This document shows, in pieces, positions 9,946 to 20,018 of a stretch of DNA of 54,555 nucleotides. This stretch comes from a virus: the IMG/VR virus record IMGVR_UViG_3300020195_001417. One strand, given 5' to 3'. How positions within the stretch are numbered: position 1 is the first letter of the stretch; each line of letters opens with the position of its first letter. Both the position numbers and the translations under genes were made by a program. The notes below the pieces were generated by a model. It was given only the letters and a program-made list of their open reading frames with translations, was not told where the DNA came from and did not search any database.

Positions 9946-9974
9946 GTTCGATGCGTTAACAAAGGAATTACAAC

Positions 9975-11603
9975 ATGTTGGTATCTCGCTTTCTCATTGA
10001 GAGACTAGAAAACGCCGGAATCAAACACGTCTTTGGCGTACCCGGAGATTATGTCCTTGATTTCTACAAGGAGCTTTGGGACAACGAAAAAATCGAAGTT
10101 GTCAATAACACAGATGAAAATCATTCCGGCTTTGCCGCTGACGCCTATGCCCGCATGAATGGAATTGGTTGTGTGGTCGTCACCTACAGTGTAGGGGCCT
10201 CAAAAGTCATCAATGCTGTTCAGTGTGCTTATGCTGAAAGATCACCACTGGTGGTCATCTCTGGAGCACCCGGTATTGGAGAAAGGAATGAAGAGTTTCT
10301 TCTACATCACATGGTTGGAAGCTTCAATTCTCAGAAGAAATTGTTCGACAACATCACATGTGCCTCTGTAGTATTGGACAATCCAGCAACTGCTGGATAC
10401 GAAATCGACAGAGCCTTCGAGGCTCTCAAACACTACAAGCGTCCAATCTACATTGAATTGCCTCGTGATGTGGCCAAGAAGTCAATCAGCTATGATGTTT
10501 ACAAACAAGGAACTCCTGTTGCTCCGGCGACCGATCCTGAGAATCTACAAGAAGCTCTCAAGGAAGTTGTCGATTGGCTTGCTAGTGCCAAGCAGCCCGC
10601 TATTCTTGCTGGTGTAGAGCTTGCCAGATATGGCTTGGGAGAAAGGCTTGTTAGATTTGCCGAGAAGGCAGATATTCCAGTGGCGACAACGCTGCTCAGC
10701 AAGTCTGTCGTCAATGAACGACATCCGTTGTTTGCCGGAATCTACTCTGGAGCTAGTAGCCAAGAAGTGACACGTAAGATCATTGAGGAGTCTGATTGTC
10801 TTCTGATGTTCGGCGTGATGCTTACAGACATGGCATTGTGCTTCAAGCCAGCCAAATTCAAGAAGCGACAAGTTGTATCCGCTTCTCTGGATGGGCTGAA
10901 GATTCGCAATCACACATTCACAGACATTCAATTCGCAGATTTCTGCAACGCATTGTTTAAGTTGGAAGTTGCCAAGAAAGCACTTCCAGTAATGCCGCCA
11001 ATCAGGGATAAAGTAACTTTCTCTCCTGTGCCAGACACAAAGATGACTACGGCGAGATTCTTCCAGAAGGTCAATTCCATTCTGGACAAGAACATGGCTG
11101 TTGTTGCAGATATTGGAGATTCGCTGTTCGGAGCCGCAGATCTGATTGTTCACAATCAGAATAGGTTCTTCAGCCCAGCATTCTACACTTCTATGGGGTC
11201 TGCGATCCCCGGAGCACTCGGCATTCAAACTGCCGTGCCAGAAGCTAGACCAATCGTGATCGTTGGAGATGGGGCATTCCAGATGTCCTGCACAGAATTG
11301 AGCACGATTGTAAGACGTAAGTTGAACCCGATTGTTTTCGTCTTAAACAATGACGGGTTTACGACTGAAAGATTCCTGATCGACGGCGGTTTCAACGACA
11401 TCCACAGTTGGGACTACCACTCTATCACATCTCTTATAAAGGGTGGTAAGGGTTGGTACGCCGACACAGAAGAAGCGTTGGAGCAAGCTGTAAAATTAGC
11501 TCTTGACTCAAACGAGCTTTCTGTGATAAATGTAAGAGTTGATAGAAGGGATGTTTCCCAATGCCTCAAGAGGATGACTGAGGCACTTTCCAAGAGAGTT
11601 TAA
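9975..11603 (+). CDS. thiamine-diphosphate-dependent alpha-keto-acid decarboxylase (pyruvate/indolepyruvate decarboxylase family)
   Basis: Near-colinear with the Zymomonas PDC N-terminus as recalled from memory: ERLENAGIKHVFGVPGDYVLDF, AVVTYSVGA, AYAERSPLVVISGAP, LLHHMVG, RPIYIELP. TPP motif GDGAFQM..NNDGFTTE. 542 aa = PDC/IPDC length. Confidence 0.85.
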   Translation: MLVSRFLIERLENAGIKHVFGVPGDYVLDFYKELWDNEKIEVVNNTDENHSGFAADAYARMNGIGCVVVTYSVGASKVINAVQCAYAERSPLVVISGAPGIGERNEEFLLHHMVGSFNSQKKLFDNITCASVVLDNPATAGYEIDRAFEALKHYKRPIYIELPRDVAKKSISYDVYKQGTPVAPATDPENLQEALKEVVDWLASAKQPAILAGVELARYGLGERLVRFAEKADIPVATTLLSKSVVNERHPLFAGIYSGASSQEVTRKIIEESDCLLMFGVMLTDMALCFKPAKFKKRQVVSASLDGLKIRNHTFTDIQFADFCNALFKLEVAKKALPVMPPIRDKVTFSPVPDTKMTTARFFQKVNSILDKNMAVVADIGDSLFGAADLIVHNQNRFFSPAFYTSMGSAIPGALGIQTAVPEARPIVIVGDGAFQMSCTELSTIVRRKLNPIVFVLNNDGFTTERFLIDGGFNDIHSWDYHSITSLIKGGKGWYADTEEALEQAVKLALDSNELSVINVRVDRRDVSQCLKRMTEALSKRV

Positions 11604-11624
11604 CCCAACAGGTAGGACACCTTT

Positions 11625-12176
11625 ATGGCCTTCAAAGGCGATTACAAAGGCGACAAACAACGTAAGGATTTTGTCAGACACAATGAACAGATCCGAGTGC
11701 CGCAAGTGCTCGTGGTCGAAAACGGACGCAACATAGGAACGATGCCAACGTCCATCGCTTTAGCGAAAGCTAGAGCGGCTGGACTGGATCTAGTTGAGGT
11801 GGCTGCACAAGCCAAGCCTCCTGTTTGTCAGATCATGGACTACGGAAAGTTCATGTTTGATAAACAGAAAAAAGAGAAGGACAAGGGCGGTGGCCAACAC
11901 AAGGAGAAAGAGATCTCCTTCCGCTATGTCATTGACGAACACGACTTGCAAACCAAAGCCAACGCTGCCAAGAAGTTCTTGGAGAAGGGTGATAAGGTCA
12001 AAGTTGTGGTCAAATTCAAGCAGCGTGAGAAAGCTCACAAAGACAAGGGATTTGAGGCTCTTGATAAGCTGGTCGCTATGGTCAAAGATGTGGCTGAGCT
12101 TGAGAAGCCTGCTTCGTTCGAGGGATCGAACATCGTGGCACGATTACAAGCCAAGAAGGGCGTTAAATCGGAATGA
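11625..12176 (+). CDS. infC: translation initiation factor IF-3 homologue
   Basis: GLDLVEVAAQAKPPVCQIMDYGKFMFDKQKKEK and C-domain EKGDKVKVVVKFKQREKAH..VARLQAKK colinear with bacterial IF3. Confidence 0.85.
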   Translation: MAFKGDYKGDKQRKDFVRHNEQIRVPQVLVVENGRNIGTMPTSIALAKARAAGLDLVEVAAQAKPPVCQIMDYGKFMFDKQKKEKDKGGGQHKEKEISFRYVIDEHDLQTKANAAKKFLEKGDKVKVVVKFKQREKAHKDKGFEALDKLVAMVKDVAELEKPASFEGSNIVARLQAKKGVKSE

Positions 12177-13396
12177 TTTGTGGCGACGTTGACAACCACC
12201 AATTACAATTTTTGGAAAAGATCTATGAGTCAAAGCCTCATGACCCGCCCAAGAAATTGACTGGACTCACCAAGACAATTCTATCTTGTTCCAACGAAGA
12301 CATCCTAGCATCGCTAGGATCTTTTGGAATCAAGCTGGGAGTTCTTGCATCGTACATAAACGAAGAGATCCCTCACCCAGACATATTCTCCATTTATGGT
12401 GGGGAACTTGTGTCTGAAGTCGAGGGATCTTTTAGTAGGGACGCAGGCGATGTGCTCAGACTTGTTTCGCACGGAAGACACTGGATTTCCGCAGCAGTTC
12501 TGGAGAGTCTCAAAAAGGTTGTCACAAAACACAAGAGCTATGATCTTCTTGCTCAAGCGATTGATGATCCTTGGAAAAATCTGCTTCATGTTAGGTTTAT
12601 CCAATCGAGAGATCAAAGAGATGCCATCCGTTTGAACAAACGTGTTCAGGAAGTCAACACAGATCTTCTGTATCGACGTGGTTTTACTTATTGGATGTCA
12701 GAGCCATCTGACTTCAAGGCATACACAAGAGGCTCATGTCTCTATCATAATGACATTGAAGAGGCGTGCGTAAGACAGAAGCACTTCTCAGATCTGGGAT
12801 TGTCGTTGATGGCCGCTGAGATTCAATCTTCTGTAGAGAAGATGCGTAGAGAATCTGCTGAATCACAACATTTTGGATTCAACAAGATTTCACTGACATC
12901 GGCTTCGGTGGTTCTGTCAAAGCAGTGTGGGTACAAATACCATGCTAGAAACCCTGATTCTTTCGATGGAGACAAAATACTGGCAGATTCCGATTCATTC
13001 AAATACAGATTTTTCGTAGATCATAAAAACAGTCTGTTTGATGATTCACATTTTGCTGCGTTGGAGTTCTCCCCACGAGTTTACACATACCATGAGCTAG
13101 AACCTTATGCGTCCGACAAAACAAGAGATGTCATAGATCATCTGGAAAAATTCCCAGAGGCTCACGGATACCCTCTGTTTGATCACTACAGAGTGTTGGT
13201 TCCGGGAGTGAATTACCCAGAACAATCTCAGAGTGTTCCATATAGCATTCGTTTGCCGAATGGGACTGATTTCAATTGCCCGATGTTGCAGAAAGTGCAA
13301 ATGAGACTGGACGCAGAGTTGCTGCAACAAAAAGAAATCGTCGGAATCCTTTTGGGGGAGAAAGATGGAGATTGCTATTTCATTAGTTATTTCTAG
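12173..13396 (+). CDS. hypothetical protein
   Basis: ORF only, 407 aa. Confidence 0.45.
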   Translation: MICGDVDNHQLQFLEKIYESKPHDPPKKLTGLTKTILSCSNEDILASLGSFGIKLGVLASYINEEIPHPDIFSIYGGELVSEVEGSFSRDAGDVLRLVSHGRHWISAAVLESLKKVVTKHKSYDLLAQAIDDPWKNLLHVRFIQSRDQRDAIRLNKRVQEVNTDLLYRRGFTYWMSEPSDFKAYTRGSCLYHNDIEEACVRQKHFSDLGLSLMAAEIQSSVEKMRRESAESQHFGFNKISLTSASVVLSKQCGYKYHARNPDSFDGDKILADSDSFKYRFFVDHKNSLFDDSHFAALEFSPRVYTYHELEPYASDKTRDVIDHLEKFPEAHGYPLFDHYRVLVPGVNYPEQSQSVPYSIRLPNGTDFNCPMLQKVQMRLDAELLQQKEIVGILLGEKDGDCYFISYF

Positions 13397-13403
13397 GTAA
13401 ATT

Positions 13404-13787
13404 ATGATGCTCCAACTAACTGAAGAAAAACTGAAAGAGTTACTTGCCAAAGCGTATGAGGCCGGGTGGTACGGGGTGCGTGAATTGAACGAATCTTCTG
13501 TAGAAGAGATCTATAAGAAGTTTCGTGAGACTGTTCCGCAGATGCCAGTTGTCACGGCAGAACATCCAGTGTTTACTGGTCGTCCAATCACAATACAAAT
13601 TCCGCCTCCTCCAGAAGTGCAGATAAATTGGGGCAATGTGCCAGCCAATCCTGTACCACAACTGGCTCCTAGTTGGGGAAATACGTTTGTTGCAGGATCA
13701 AATTGGGGTGGAGGCAATTGGCAAGTGACAGCTTCCGAAAGATTTGGCAATGGACCGACTGTAATAGAAGGACAAAAACCAATCTGA
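13404..13787 (+). CDS. hypothetical protein (Pro/Trp/Gly-rich C-terminus)
   Basis: ORF only. Confidence 0.35.
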   Translation: MMLQLTEEKLKELLAKAYEAGWYGVRELNESSVEEIYKKFRETVPQMPVVTAEHPVFTGRPITIQIPPPPEVQINWGNVPANPVPQLAPSWGNTFVAGSNWGGGNWQVTASERFGNGPTVIEGQKPI

Positions 13788-13802
13788 ATCGGTGGGGGAT
13801 GG

Positions 13803-14663
13803 ATGAAATATCTGGTAACAGGCGGTGCAGGATTTATCGGATCTAATCTGGTAGACCGATTGATCATTGAAGGACATGAAGTTGTTGTTTATGACACCTT
13901 GGTTACTGGATGCAACTTTAATCCTCGTGCTAGGTATTATGAGATACCGGTCGAATCGGTAGATCCATCATACCACATCAATGATGGCTTTGATGCCATC
14001 TTTCATCTGGCGGCAGAAGCTCGCATTCAGCCAAGCTTCGAGAAACCCATGGTGACACACAGTTCTAACGTGTCTGGCACAGCCGTCATGTTAGAGTTTG
14101 CCAGACAGTGCAAGGCGAAATTCATATTCGCTGGATCGAGTTCTGTGTACCACGACATGTACGCCAATCCTTATTCTTTCAGCAAGCAGGTTGGTGAAAG
14201 TTACTGCATTCTTTGGAACAAGATCTATAAGGTTCCTGTGGCAATTGCCAGATTCTTTAACGTATATGGGCCAAGACAACTAGAGAAGGTGGCCCCCAAC
14301 GCATCTGTGATTGGGATCTTCCTTGACCAGAAGAGACGCAACACCCCATTGACTATCACTGGAGATGGGAAACAACGCAGAGATTTTACTCATGTTTATG
14401 ATATCGTGAGTGGTTTGATTGCCATGTCTAAAGAAGACTGGGACGGACACATATTTGATTTGGGAACTGGAGTAAATCACTCTATTATTGAAGTGGCAGA
14501 AATGTTTAAGCACCCAATAGTACATGTTCCAAGTCGTCCCGGAGAAGCTTTGGTGACGAAGGCTAATCTACATGATACTAAAGCGTTACTTGGATGGAGA
14601 TCGAGATATACTCTCGAAGACTATATCGCCATAGAAGTGGCAAGATGCAACACAGGTACATAA
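13803..14663 (+). CDS. NAD-dependent sugar epimerase/dehydratase (extended SDR)
   Basis: MKYLVTGGAGFIGSNLVDRL Rossmann motif; catalytic YSFSK (YxxxK). Confidence 0.8.
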   Translation: MKYLVTGGAGFIGSNLVDRLIIEGHEVVVYDTLVTGCNFNPRARYYEIPVESVDPSYHINDGFDAIFHLAAEARIQPSFEKPMVTHSSNVSGTAVMLEFARQCKAKFIFAGSSSVYHDMYANPYSFSKQVGESYCILWNKIYKVPVAIARFFNVYGPRQLEKVAPNASVIGIFLDQKRRNTPLTITGDGKQRRDFTHVYDIVSGLIAMSKEDWDGHIFDLGTGVNHSIIEVAEMFKHPIVHVPSRPGEALVTKANLHDTKALLGWRSRYTLEDYIAIEVARCNTGT

Positions 14664-14944
14664 TCAAGAATTCTGGTCAAGAAGATGAGGTGCTCCATTT
14701 TGACGATGGAACTTCTGTATGTCTTAAACCAAATGAATTCTATTCCTATGAGGGTGGTGATGAGATCAAGTTGCCTCAATTGGAACCAAGTCAACGCATG
14801 TGGATCTCAAACATAAATTGGGGAGAATTAGAGTCTTCCCAATCAGAAGAAATAACTCTGGTTGGCAACTCTCGTCACTGGGATGTCAAAATTATAGTTG
14901 ACGAACCAGTTGTCCCCGGATCATGGAAGAAAGAAGGGTTTTGA
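14645..14944 (+). CDS. hypothetical protein
   Basis: ORF, start chosen at internal ATG overlapping epimerase end. Confidence 0.3.
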   Translation: MQHRYIIKNSGQEDEVLHFDDGTSVCLKPNEFYSYEGGDEIKLPQLEPSQRMWISNINWGELESSQSEEITLVGNSRHWDVKIIVDEPVVPGSWKKEGF

Positions 14945-15567
14945 TGTACACGCACAAGGATGGAATTGAGTTAAGGAAGTTGCACAAGGGAGACCTGCAC
15001 TCTCTGCTCAAACTCAAAGAAGAAAGCTGGTGGGGAACTCACAGCACGTTGATCGTGAACATTGAAGATCAATTGAAGTGGTACGAGTCTATCTCGAACA
15101 GAGAGATGTACATGATCGCAATGGACAAAACACAGCCAATTGGGATTGCCTGTTTCACAGAGATTGATTGGTTTGGAAGATCACTGAATATCAGTGGCTC
15201 AATTTACAAAGAGTTCAGAAAGATGGATACAGTCAAGGCTGCATTCTCTTGCGGCCTCGACTTTGCTTTTGAGGTTCTCAACATGCAGAGAGTCGGTGCA
15301 GAGGTTCTGGAGACTCACACAGCGGCCCAGCATCTTGAGATTGGACATCTAGGATTCAAAGTCGAGGGACGCAGACGGAGAGCCGTCTACAAGGCTGGAA
15401 GGTATTATGATTCTATCATCATGGGCCTTCTGCGTGAAGAATGGGAGGCTCATGATCGTGTCAAGAAGTACGAAGGATGTTGCAATGACAACTTCGATCA
15501 CAACAAGGCTCAGCAGTGCATCGCACGTCTTAACCGAGTGATGGGTGTGGTCCCAGACGCTCAATAG
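14923..15567 (+). CDS. GNAT acetyltransferase (Acetyltransf_3 / RimJ-RimL-like)
   Basis: pattern ..GIACFTEIDW..NISGSIYKEF..AFEVLNMQRVGAEVLETHTAAQHL..GFKVEGRRRRAVYKAGRYYDSIIMGLLREEW typical of RimL-type GNATs. Confidence 0.6.
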   Translation: MEERRVLMYTHKDGIELRKLHKGDLHSLLKLKEESWWGTHSTLIVNIEDQLKWYESISNREMYMIAMDKTQPIGIACFTEIDWFGRSLNISGSIYKEFRKMDTVKAAFSCGLDFAFEVLNMQRVGAEVLETHTAAQHLEIGHLGFKVEGRRRRAVYKAGRYYDSIIMGLLREEWEAHDRVKKYEGCCNDNFDHNKAQQCIARLNRVMGVVPDAQ

Positions 15568-16012
15568 CTTCTTCTGTGGTCAGTCTCACTTCATCAACTT
15601 CCATGTACCCATCGAATAATTCACAGTCGATTACGGTTTGGCCGAAATGTCTGTGATAGGTTCTAATGGTCTCATAGAACCATGGGATAGTCAATGATCT
15701 TCCTTCGACAGATCTGACATCTTTACCGCCACGGTCAACCACGACGTTGGCATATTCTGCCGAAGCAATGTGGCCGCAATCTTCTTTCTCCCAGAACTTT
15801 AGAATGTGCTCTACATGATCGCTGATTTCCCGAACATCTAACATGAATTTGGAGAATCGTTCTGGTAGGAATTGAGGATACCTGAGAGCAGCCATGAGAA
15901 CCACATGATCAGCATTGATTCTTTCGTATGCAGACAATGTGATCTTCGGTGATATGTTTCCAAATCCCTTAATCAATACGACTTTGTTTCTCATGATGAT
16001 TTCCTCGGCCAC
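15530..16012 (-). CDS. hypothetical protein
   Basis: ORF only. Confidence 0.4.
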   Translation of the reverse strand: MAEEIIMRNKVVLIKGFGNISPKITLSAYERINADHVVLMAALRYPQFLPERFSKFMLDVREISDHVEHILKFWEKEDCGHIASAEYANVVVDRGGKDVRSVEGRSLTIPWFYETIRTYHRHFGQTVIDCELFDGYMEVDEVRLTTEEAIERLGPHPSLG

Positions 16013-16833
16013 TCATCTACTGTTGGTAGCATGTTGTTATTTTCAAAGAACGCTATCATGTCCTGAGTTGCCCAGAATTCCATGAGGGACATGAATACTT
16101 CTGAGTCTTGCTTCTTACCGTAAGAATCCCATAGACTTGTAAGTTTATGATATTGATCTGTAAGTTTTGACTCAGACAAAGCATTGTACCAGTTTTCCCA
16201 TCTGGCACAAGATGAATTCCTTCTTGCAAGACACAAATGGCCTTGAGCTTTACGTTCCCATTGTTCCAAAGATCTAATAGGATAATGGTGCCTGTAGACT
16301 TTTGTTGTGTGCCCATAAGACTTGCCCAGCACGCCATGGTTCCCATGTGTGATCTCTATATCTGGGTCTGGTCTGTGAGCGACTTTGGCTTCTTGCGGTA
16401 TCGGCAGATGATCAAAATTGAGGTAACGCCTCATGTTCTCCAAGGAAAATGGCTCTGCTGTCGGAGGGTGCAGATACATTCTTTCACAAGAGACAACACT
16501 GTCTGACACGGTTCTTAAACTACTGAATCCGCCCCACAATTCATCTGCATCAAGATGGACGATCCAATCTGGATCGAGCTTGCACGCTAATCTGGCCATT
16601 CGAGTGACCCACTTTGATTGATTGTGCGTGTCATCCGTTTCGTCGATGATTTCCACAACTTCTGGGTACTTAGATGCGATTTCTCGTGTGTTATCTGTGG
16701 AGTTGTTGTCTGTAAAAATGATTTGCGAGATGCCGTTGGCCAAATGGTGTTCGATCATAGGCCCTATGATGTCACTTTCATTCTTTGCCAGAATGGTTGC
16801 TACGATTTTAAGTCCGGGAGTTATTGTCAGCAT
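15991..16833 (-). CDS. glycosyltransferase family 2-like
   Basis: N-terminal VATILAKNESDIIGPMIEHHLANGISQIIFTDNNSTDNT and DADELW (DxD). Confidence 0.55.
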   Translation of the reverse strand: MLTITPGLKIVATILAKNESDIIGPMIEHHLANGISQIIFTDNNSTDNTREIASKYPEVVEIIDETDDTHNQSKWVTRMARLACKLDPDWIVHLDADELWGGFSSLRTVSDSVVSCERMYLHPPTAEPFSLENMRRYLNFDHLPIPQEAKVAHRPDPDIEITHGNHGVLGKSYGHTTKVYRHHYPIRSLEQWERKAQGHLCLARRNSSCARWENWYNALSESKLTDQYHKLTSLWDSYGKKQDSEVFMSLMEFWATQDMIAFFENNNMLPTVDEWPRKSS

Positions 16834-16853
16834 AGAACTATCATAATGATGAA

Positions 16854-17624
16854 ATGAAGATATTGATATTGTGCTCTTACTACCAGAGACCTAAACTCGT
16901 CAGAAATGCACTGTCCAGCATCTTGGCTGCAAATGAATTCCATCAAGATTGGGAATTGGCATTTGGGGATGATGGCAGCAAAATTCCCGGTCGTCCAATT
17001 GTCGAGGATGTTCTTAAAGATCATTTAGACAAAGTGACATTCGTGCAATCAGGCATGACTCTGGATGATAAATTGAAAAGCGGATTGATGTTGGGCAAGA
17101 TGGCAAATGATGCCATTGCAGCGTCGTCTGCTGATTTGGGGCTGGTGCTCTGTGATGATGATGAGTTGCATCCTGAGTATCTTAAGAATCTGTCTGCTTT
17201 CTTTGAGGCGAATCCAAATGTGTTGTATGCTTACTCAAAGATACATCTCTACAATCCGCTGTATCAGAAATCTTCGGATGTCAATAATCTAAATCACAAA
17301 TACAATCAATGGGTGACTCCCATCAATCCTTCTTGCAGGGTTGACGCCAGTCAGGTTTCTTGGAGATTGAGTTGTTGTAAACAGATGGAAGCATGGTTTT
17401 ATGATAGCACAAAGTGCGTTCCTGACAGACCATGGGCAAAGGATACAGATAGAGGGTTTTTTGAGAACATTTACAGCAAGTGTGGAGATTGTTACCCGAC
17501 AAATATTGTAGGCCAATACAAAGGGACTCACGATCATCAGTTGTTGTGGCACAAAAACGTAGGCACAGATCAATTGAGATCTTATGATGAAATGTGTCAA
17601 GAACTTGGAGGAATTGAGTTTTGA
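16854..17624 (+). CDS. glycosyltransferase (GT2-like)
   Basis: ILILCSYYQRPKLVRNALSSIL..FGDDGSKIPG resembles GT2 N-terminal fold/DDGS motif. Confidence 0.45.
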   Translation: MKILILCSYYQRPKLVRNALSSILAANEFHQDWELAFGDDGSKIPGRPIVEDVLKDHLDKVTFVQSGMTLDDKLKSGLMLGKMANDAIAASSADLGLVLCDDDELHPEYLKNLSAFFEANPNVLYAYSKIHLYNPLYQKSSDVNNLNHKYNQWVTPINPSCRVDASQVSWRLSCCKQMEAWFYDSTKCVPDRPWAKDTDRGFFENIYSKCGDCYPTNIVGQYKGTHDHQLLWHKNVGTDQLRSYDEMCQELGGIEF

Positions 17625-18628
17625 AAGATCCATACGAAGTGTTGGGAGTTAAACGTAGCGACGACAAAGAAACGATCCGTAAGGCGTATCGAAAGTTGGC
17701 TCGTCAATGGCACCCAGACATGAATCCAGACAAAGTAGACGAAGCTACTGCAAAGTTTAAGGAAATCACAGGAGCGTTTGATGCTATTGAGAATCCACAA
17801 AAACAGCCGGGTGCTCGTCCTTTCACGTCTCCGATGAATGATGTCTTCTCTTCTTTCTTTGGCGAAGGTGGGCCACAGGTACAAAACGGCGAGCATATCG
17901 TCATTGAATGTAGAATTCAAATGGAAGATGTATTGCACGGCGGCAAAAGAGAATTGCAATACTTCAGGCATGACATGTGTAAAGAATGTGGCGGTGCTGG
18001 CGGCACAGAAGGCATGTGCCCACATTGTAATGGATCTGGTGCGAGAACGATTCATGGATCGCACATGACTGTTAGATCGGCTTGTCAGGGATGTGGCGGA
18101 AGCGGCAAGATCATCACCAATAAATGCGAACACTGCAATGATGGTATATCTGGCGGAGAAGATCGCACTGTTGCATTTGAAATTCCAAAGGGCGTTGAGA
18201 CAGGTATGAGGTTTGCTTACAGAGGTTTGGGGCAACCATCCAGAAACTCAATGGGTATGCCGGGGAACTTGTATGTTTCTGTGGTCGTTGAGCCACATGA
18301 TCATTTCGAGATGATTGGAGATGGCACAATCCTTCATAATGTTGGACTGGATTACACACAATTTGTACTTGGTGCAGAGATAGAAGTTCCGACTTTGGAG
18401 TCAGTTGTGACGGTAAAGATCCCGCAAGGCACCTTGCCGGGGCAGAAATTCAGGCTCAAGGAACTCGGACTGCCAAGATTTAGTAACAGAACTGGCGGCA
18501 TATATACCAGAGGAGATCAACTGGTTGAAGTCCAGTTGAATATGCCTACCAAACTCGATGAGAAATACAGAAAAGTCATTGAGGAATTAGCTCAGTTGGA
18601 ATCTGAGCAAAGGGGAACAAATGGATGA
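17621..18628 (+). CDS. dnaJ: DnaJ-type co-chaperone (J domain + 4 CxxCxGxG zinc-finger repeats + C-terminal domains)
   Basis: DPYEVLGVKRSDDKETIRKAYRKLARQWHPDMNPD (HPD motif); CKECGGAGG, CPHCNGSG, CQGCGGSG, CEHCNDG. Confidence 0.85.
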   Translation: MKDPYEVLGVKRSDDKETIRKAYRKLARQWHPDMNPDKVDEATAKFKEITGAFDAIENPQKQPGARPFTSPMNDVFSSFFGEGGPQVQNGEHIVIECRIQMEDVLHGGKRELQYFRHDMCKECGGAGGTEGMCPHCNGSGARTIHGSHMTVRSACQGCGGSGKIITNKCEHCNDGISGGEDRTVAFEIPKGVETGMRFAYRGLGQPSRNSMGMPGNLYVSVVVEPHDHFEMIGDGTILHNVGLDYTQFVLGAEIEVPTLESVVTVKIPQGTLPGQKFRLKELGLPRFSNRTGGIYTRGDQLVEVQLNMPTKLDEKYRKVIEELAQLESEQRGTNG

Positions 18629-18935
18629 TCTTAAGAAAAACAAGATGGTTTGGGTCGTCGCTATTTTTACAGTGTTGAATATAGTCTTCTTTCTCGGCAG
18701 CAAGTTTGTTATTAACAAGACTGCTGATAAAGTGATTGAGAAATTGCAAAAAGAATATTCGCCAAGTCCTTATGGCCCCGGAATTGATCCAGACAAGATT
18801 GATCCCGATGCTTTGAGAAAACAGCGTTTGTACTTTGAACTGCGTCAAAGGGCCGGAGAAGTGTCTGCAAGGACACAGAATGTTTCTTGGCGAGATGTAT
18901 GGGAAAGAGATCGTGGGTTTAGTCCCGAACAATAG
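18621..18935 (+). CDS. small membrane protein
   Basis: N-terminal TM helix MVWVVAIFTVLNIVFFLGSKFVI. Confidence 0.4.
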   Translation: MDDLKKNKMVWVVAIFTVLNIVFFLGSKFVINKTADKVIEKLQKEYSPSPYGPGIDPDKIDPDALRKQRLYFELRQRAGEVSARTQNVSWRDVWERDRGFSPEQ

Positions 18936-19335
18936 CCTTGTCGATCTTTGACGCCTGCCTCATATTGTCTTCTGGATGTCTCTGGAAGATTACTGTCATG
19001 GTCTTACCAAGTTCTGGCTTGCCTTCAATTCTTCTGTATTCATCATAGCTGAAATGAGCTTCTGTGCCATCTGATAATCTGATGTAGATCGGATTTCTTT
19101 TGGCAATGATGTTCGTGATTCTTCCTGTTCTTTCAACAGATGGAATAGACAGACTGGCATCAGGTAGATTCATTGCCTGTCCGACAGTAGGTGAATTTGT
19201 GGCGTTACCAGACGTGGCAAATGCTCCGCCGATTTTGCCGTCAATGTAATCGCTGTGATAGAAACGATCAATCCTTGGTCCTAGATCTGCTAGTCCAATA
19301 TCTTCTGTAATCAGGAATTCTTTGAATTTACCCAT
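18919..19335 (-). CDS. hypothetical protein
   Basis: ORF only. Confidence 0.4.
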   Translation of the reverse strand: MGKFKEFLITEDIGLADLGPRIDRFYHSDYIDGKIGGAFATSGNATNSPTVGQAMNLPDASLSIPSVERTGRITNIIAKRNPIYIRLSDGTEAHFSYDEYRRIEGKPELGKTMTVIFQRHPEDNMRQASKIDKAIVRD

Positions 19336-19693
19336 AGCTTACTCTATTTATCACATGACAGAACAAAAACATTTCCATTATGAGGGCAACGTCACACTAA
19401 ATAAGAAACCCCAAGAGGTTGAGGTGTTGGACGTGTGCTTTCTCACTCCTGCTCGTATTGTAGCTAAAGTTGATGGCCGTGATGTAGAAGTGACTGTTGG
19501 TGTAGATATCATCAACAGAAAAGTTTACGAAAACAACACAGAATCGCCTTTAGCCGAGCACATTTTCGAGTATCTCGACAAAGTGAACTCTTTGCCAGAA
19601 GATTTCTTCCAAGCTTCGGATGAACTTCAAGAACAGGCGGCGGAAGCACAAGACGATCACGATTTAGTTAAGGAGAGGATGTCAAATGTCTGA
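19322..19693 (+). CDS. hypothetical acidic protein
   Basis: ORF only. Confidence 0.35.
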   Translation: MNLPIAYSIYHMTEQKHFHYEGNVTLNKKPQEVEVLDVCFLTPARIVAKVDGRDVEVTVGVDIINRKVYENNTESPLAEHIFEYLDKVNSLPEDFFQASDELQEQAAEAQDDHDLVKERMSNV

Positions 19694-20018
19694 AGGTAAT
19701 CAAATCCAAGCACGAATTCTTATTCCGGGTCATCTCAAAGATAAGACAAGAAAAGGTCCAAACCGACAACTGACCTTCGGAATTGTTTCTGAATGGATCA
19801 AGCTACAAGGTTTTGACGATTATACAACAAACGGGCTGATTGACTTGGCGTCAAATTATCCCACAAATGCGTTGCCGAGCTTTCGCAGGAACTTCAACTT
19901 GATGATCGCCAGAGTGCGACAGAAAAGACGTGAAGAACAACGTGAGCTTGAAGCACATCCACCACAAATAGAAAGCAAAGAAAATGGCCAAGAAGAAACT
20001 ACCAACCCTGAAGTGTAA
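19686..20018 (+). CDS. hypothetical protein
   Basis: ORF only. Confidence 0.35.
   Translation: MSEGNQIQARILIPGHLKDKTRKGPNRQLTFGIVSEWIKLQGFDDYTTNGLIDLASNYPTNALPSFRRNFNLMIARVRQKRREEQRELEAHPPQIESKENGQEETTNPEV

Noticed and set aside
10545-11228. 227-aa minus-strand ORF inside the TPP decarboxylase gene
   Set aside because: Antisense shadow; + strand product is colinear with PDC.
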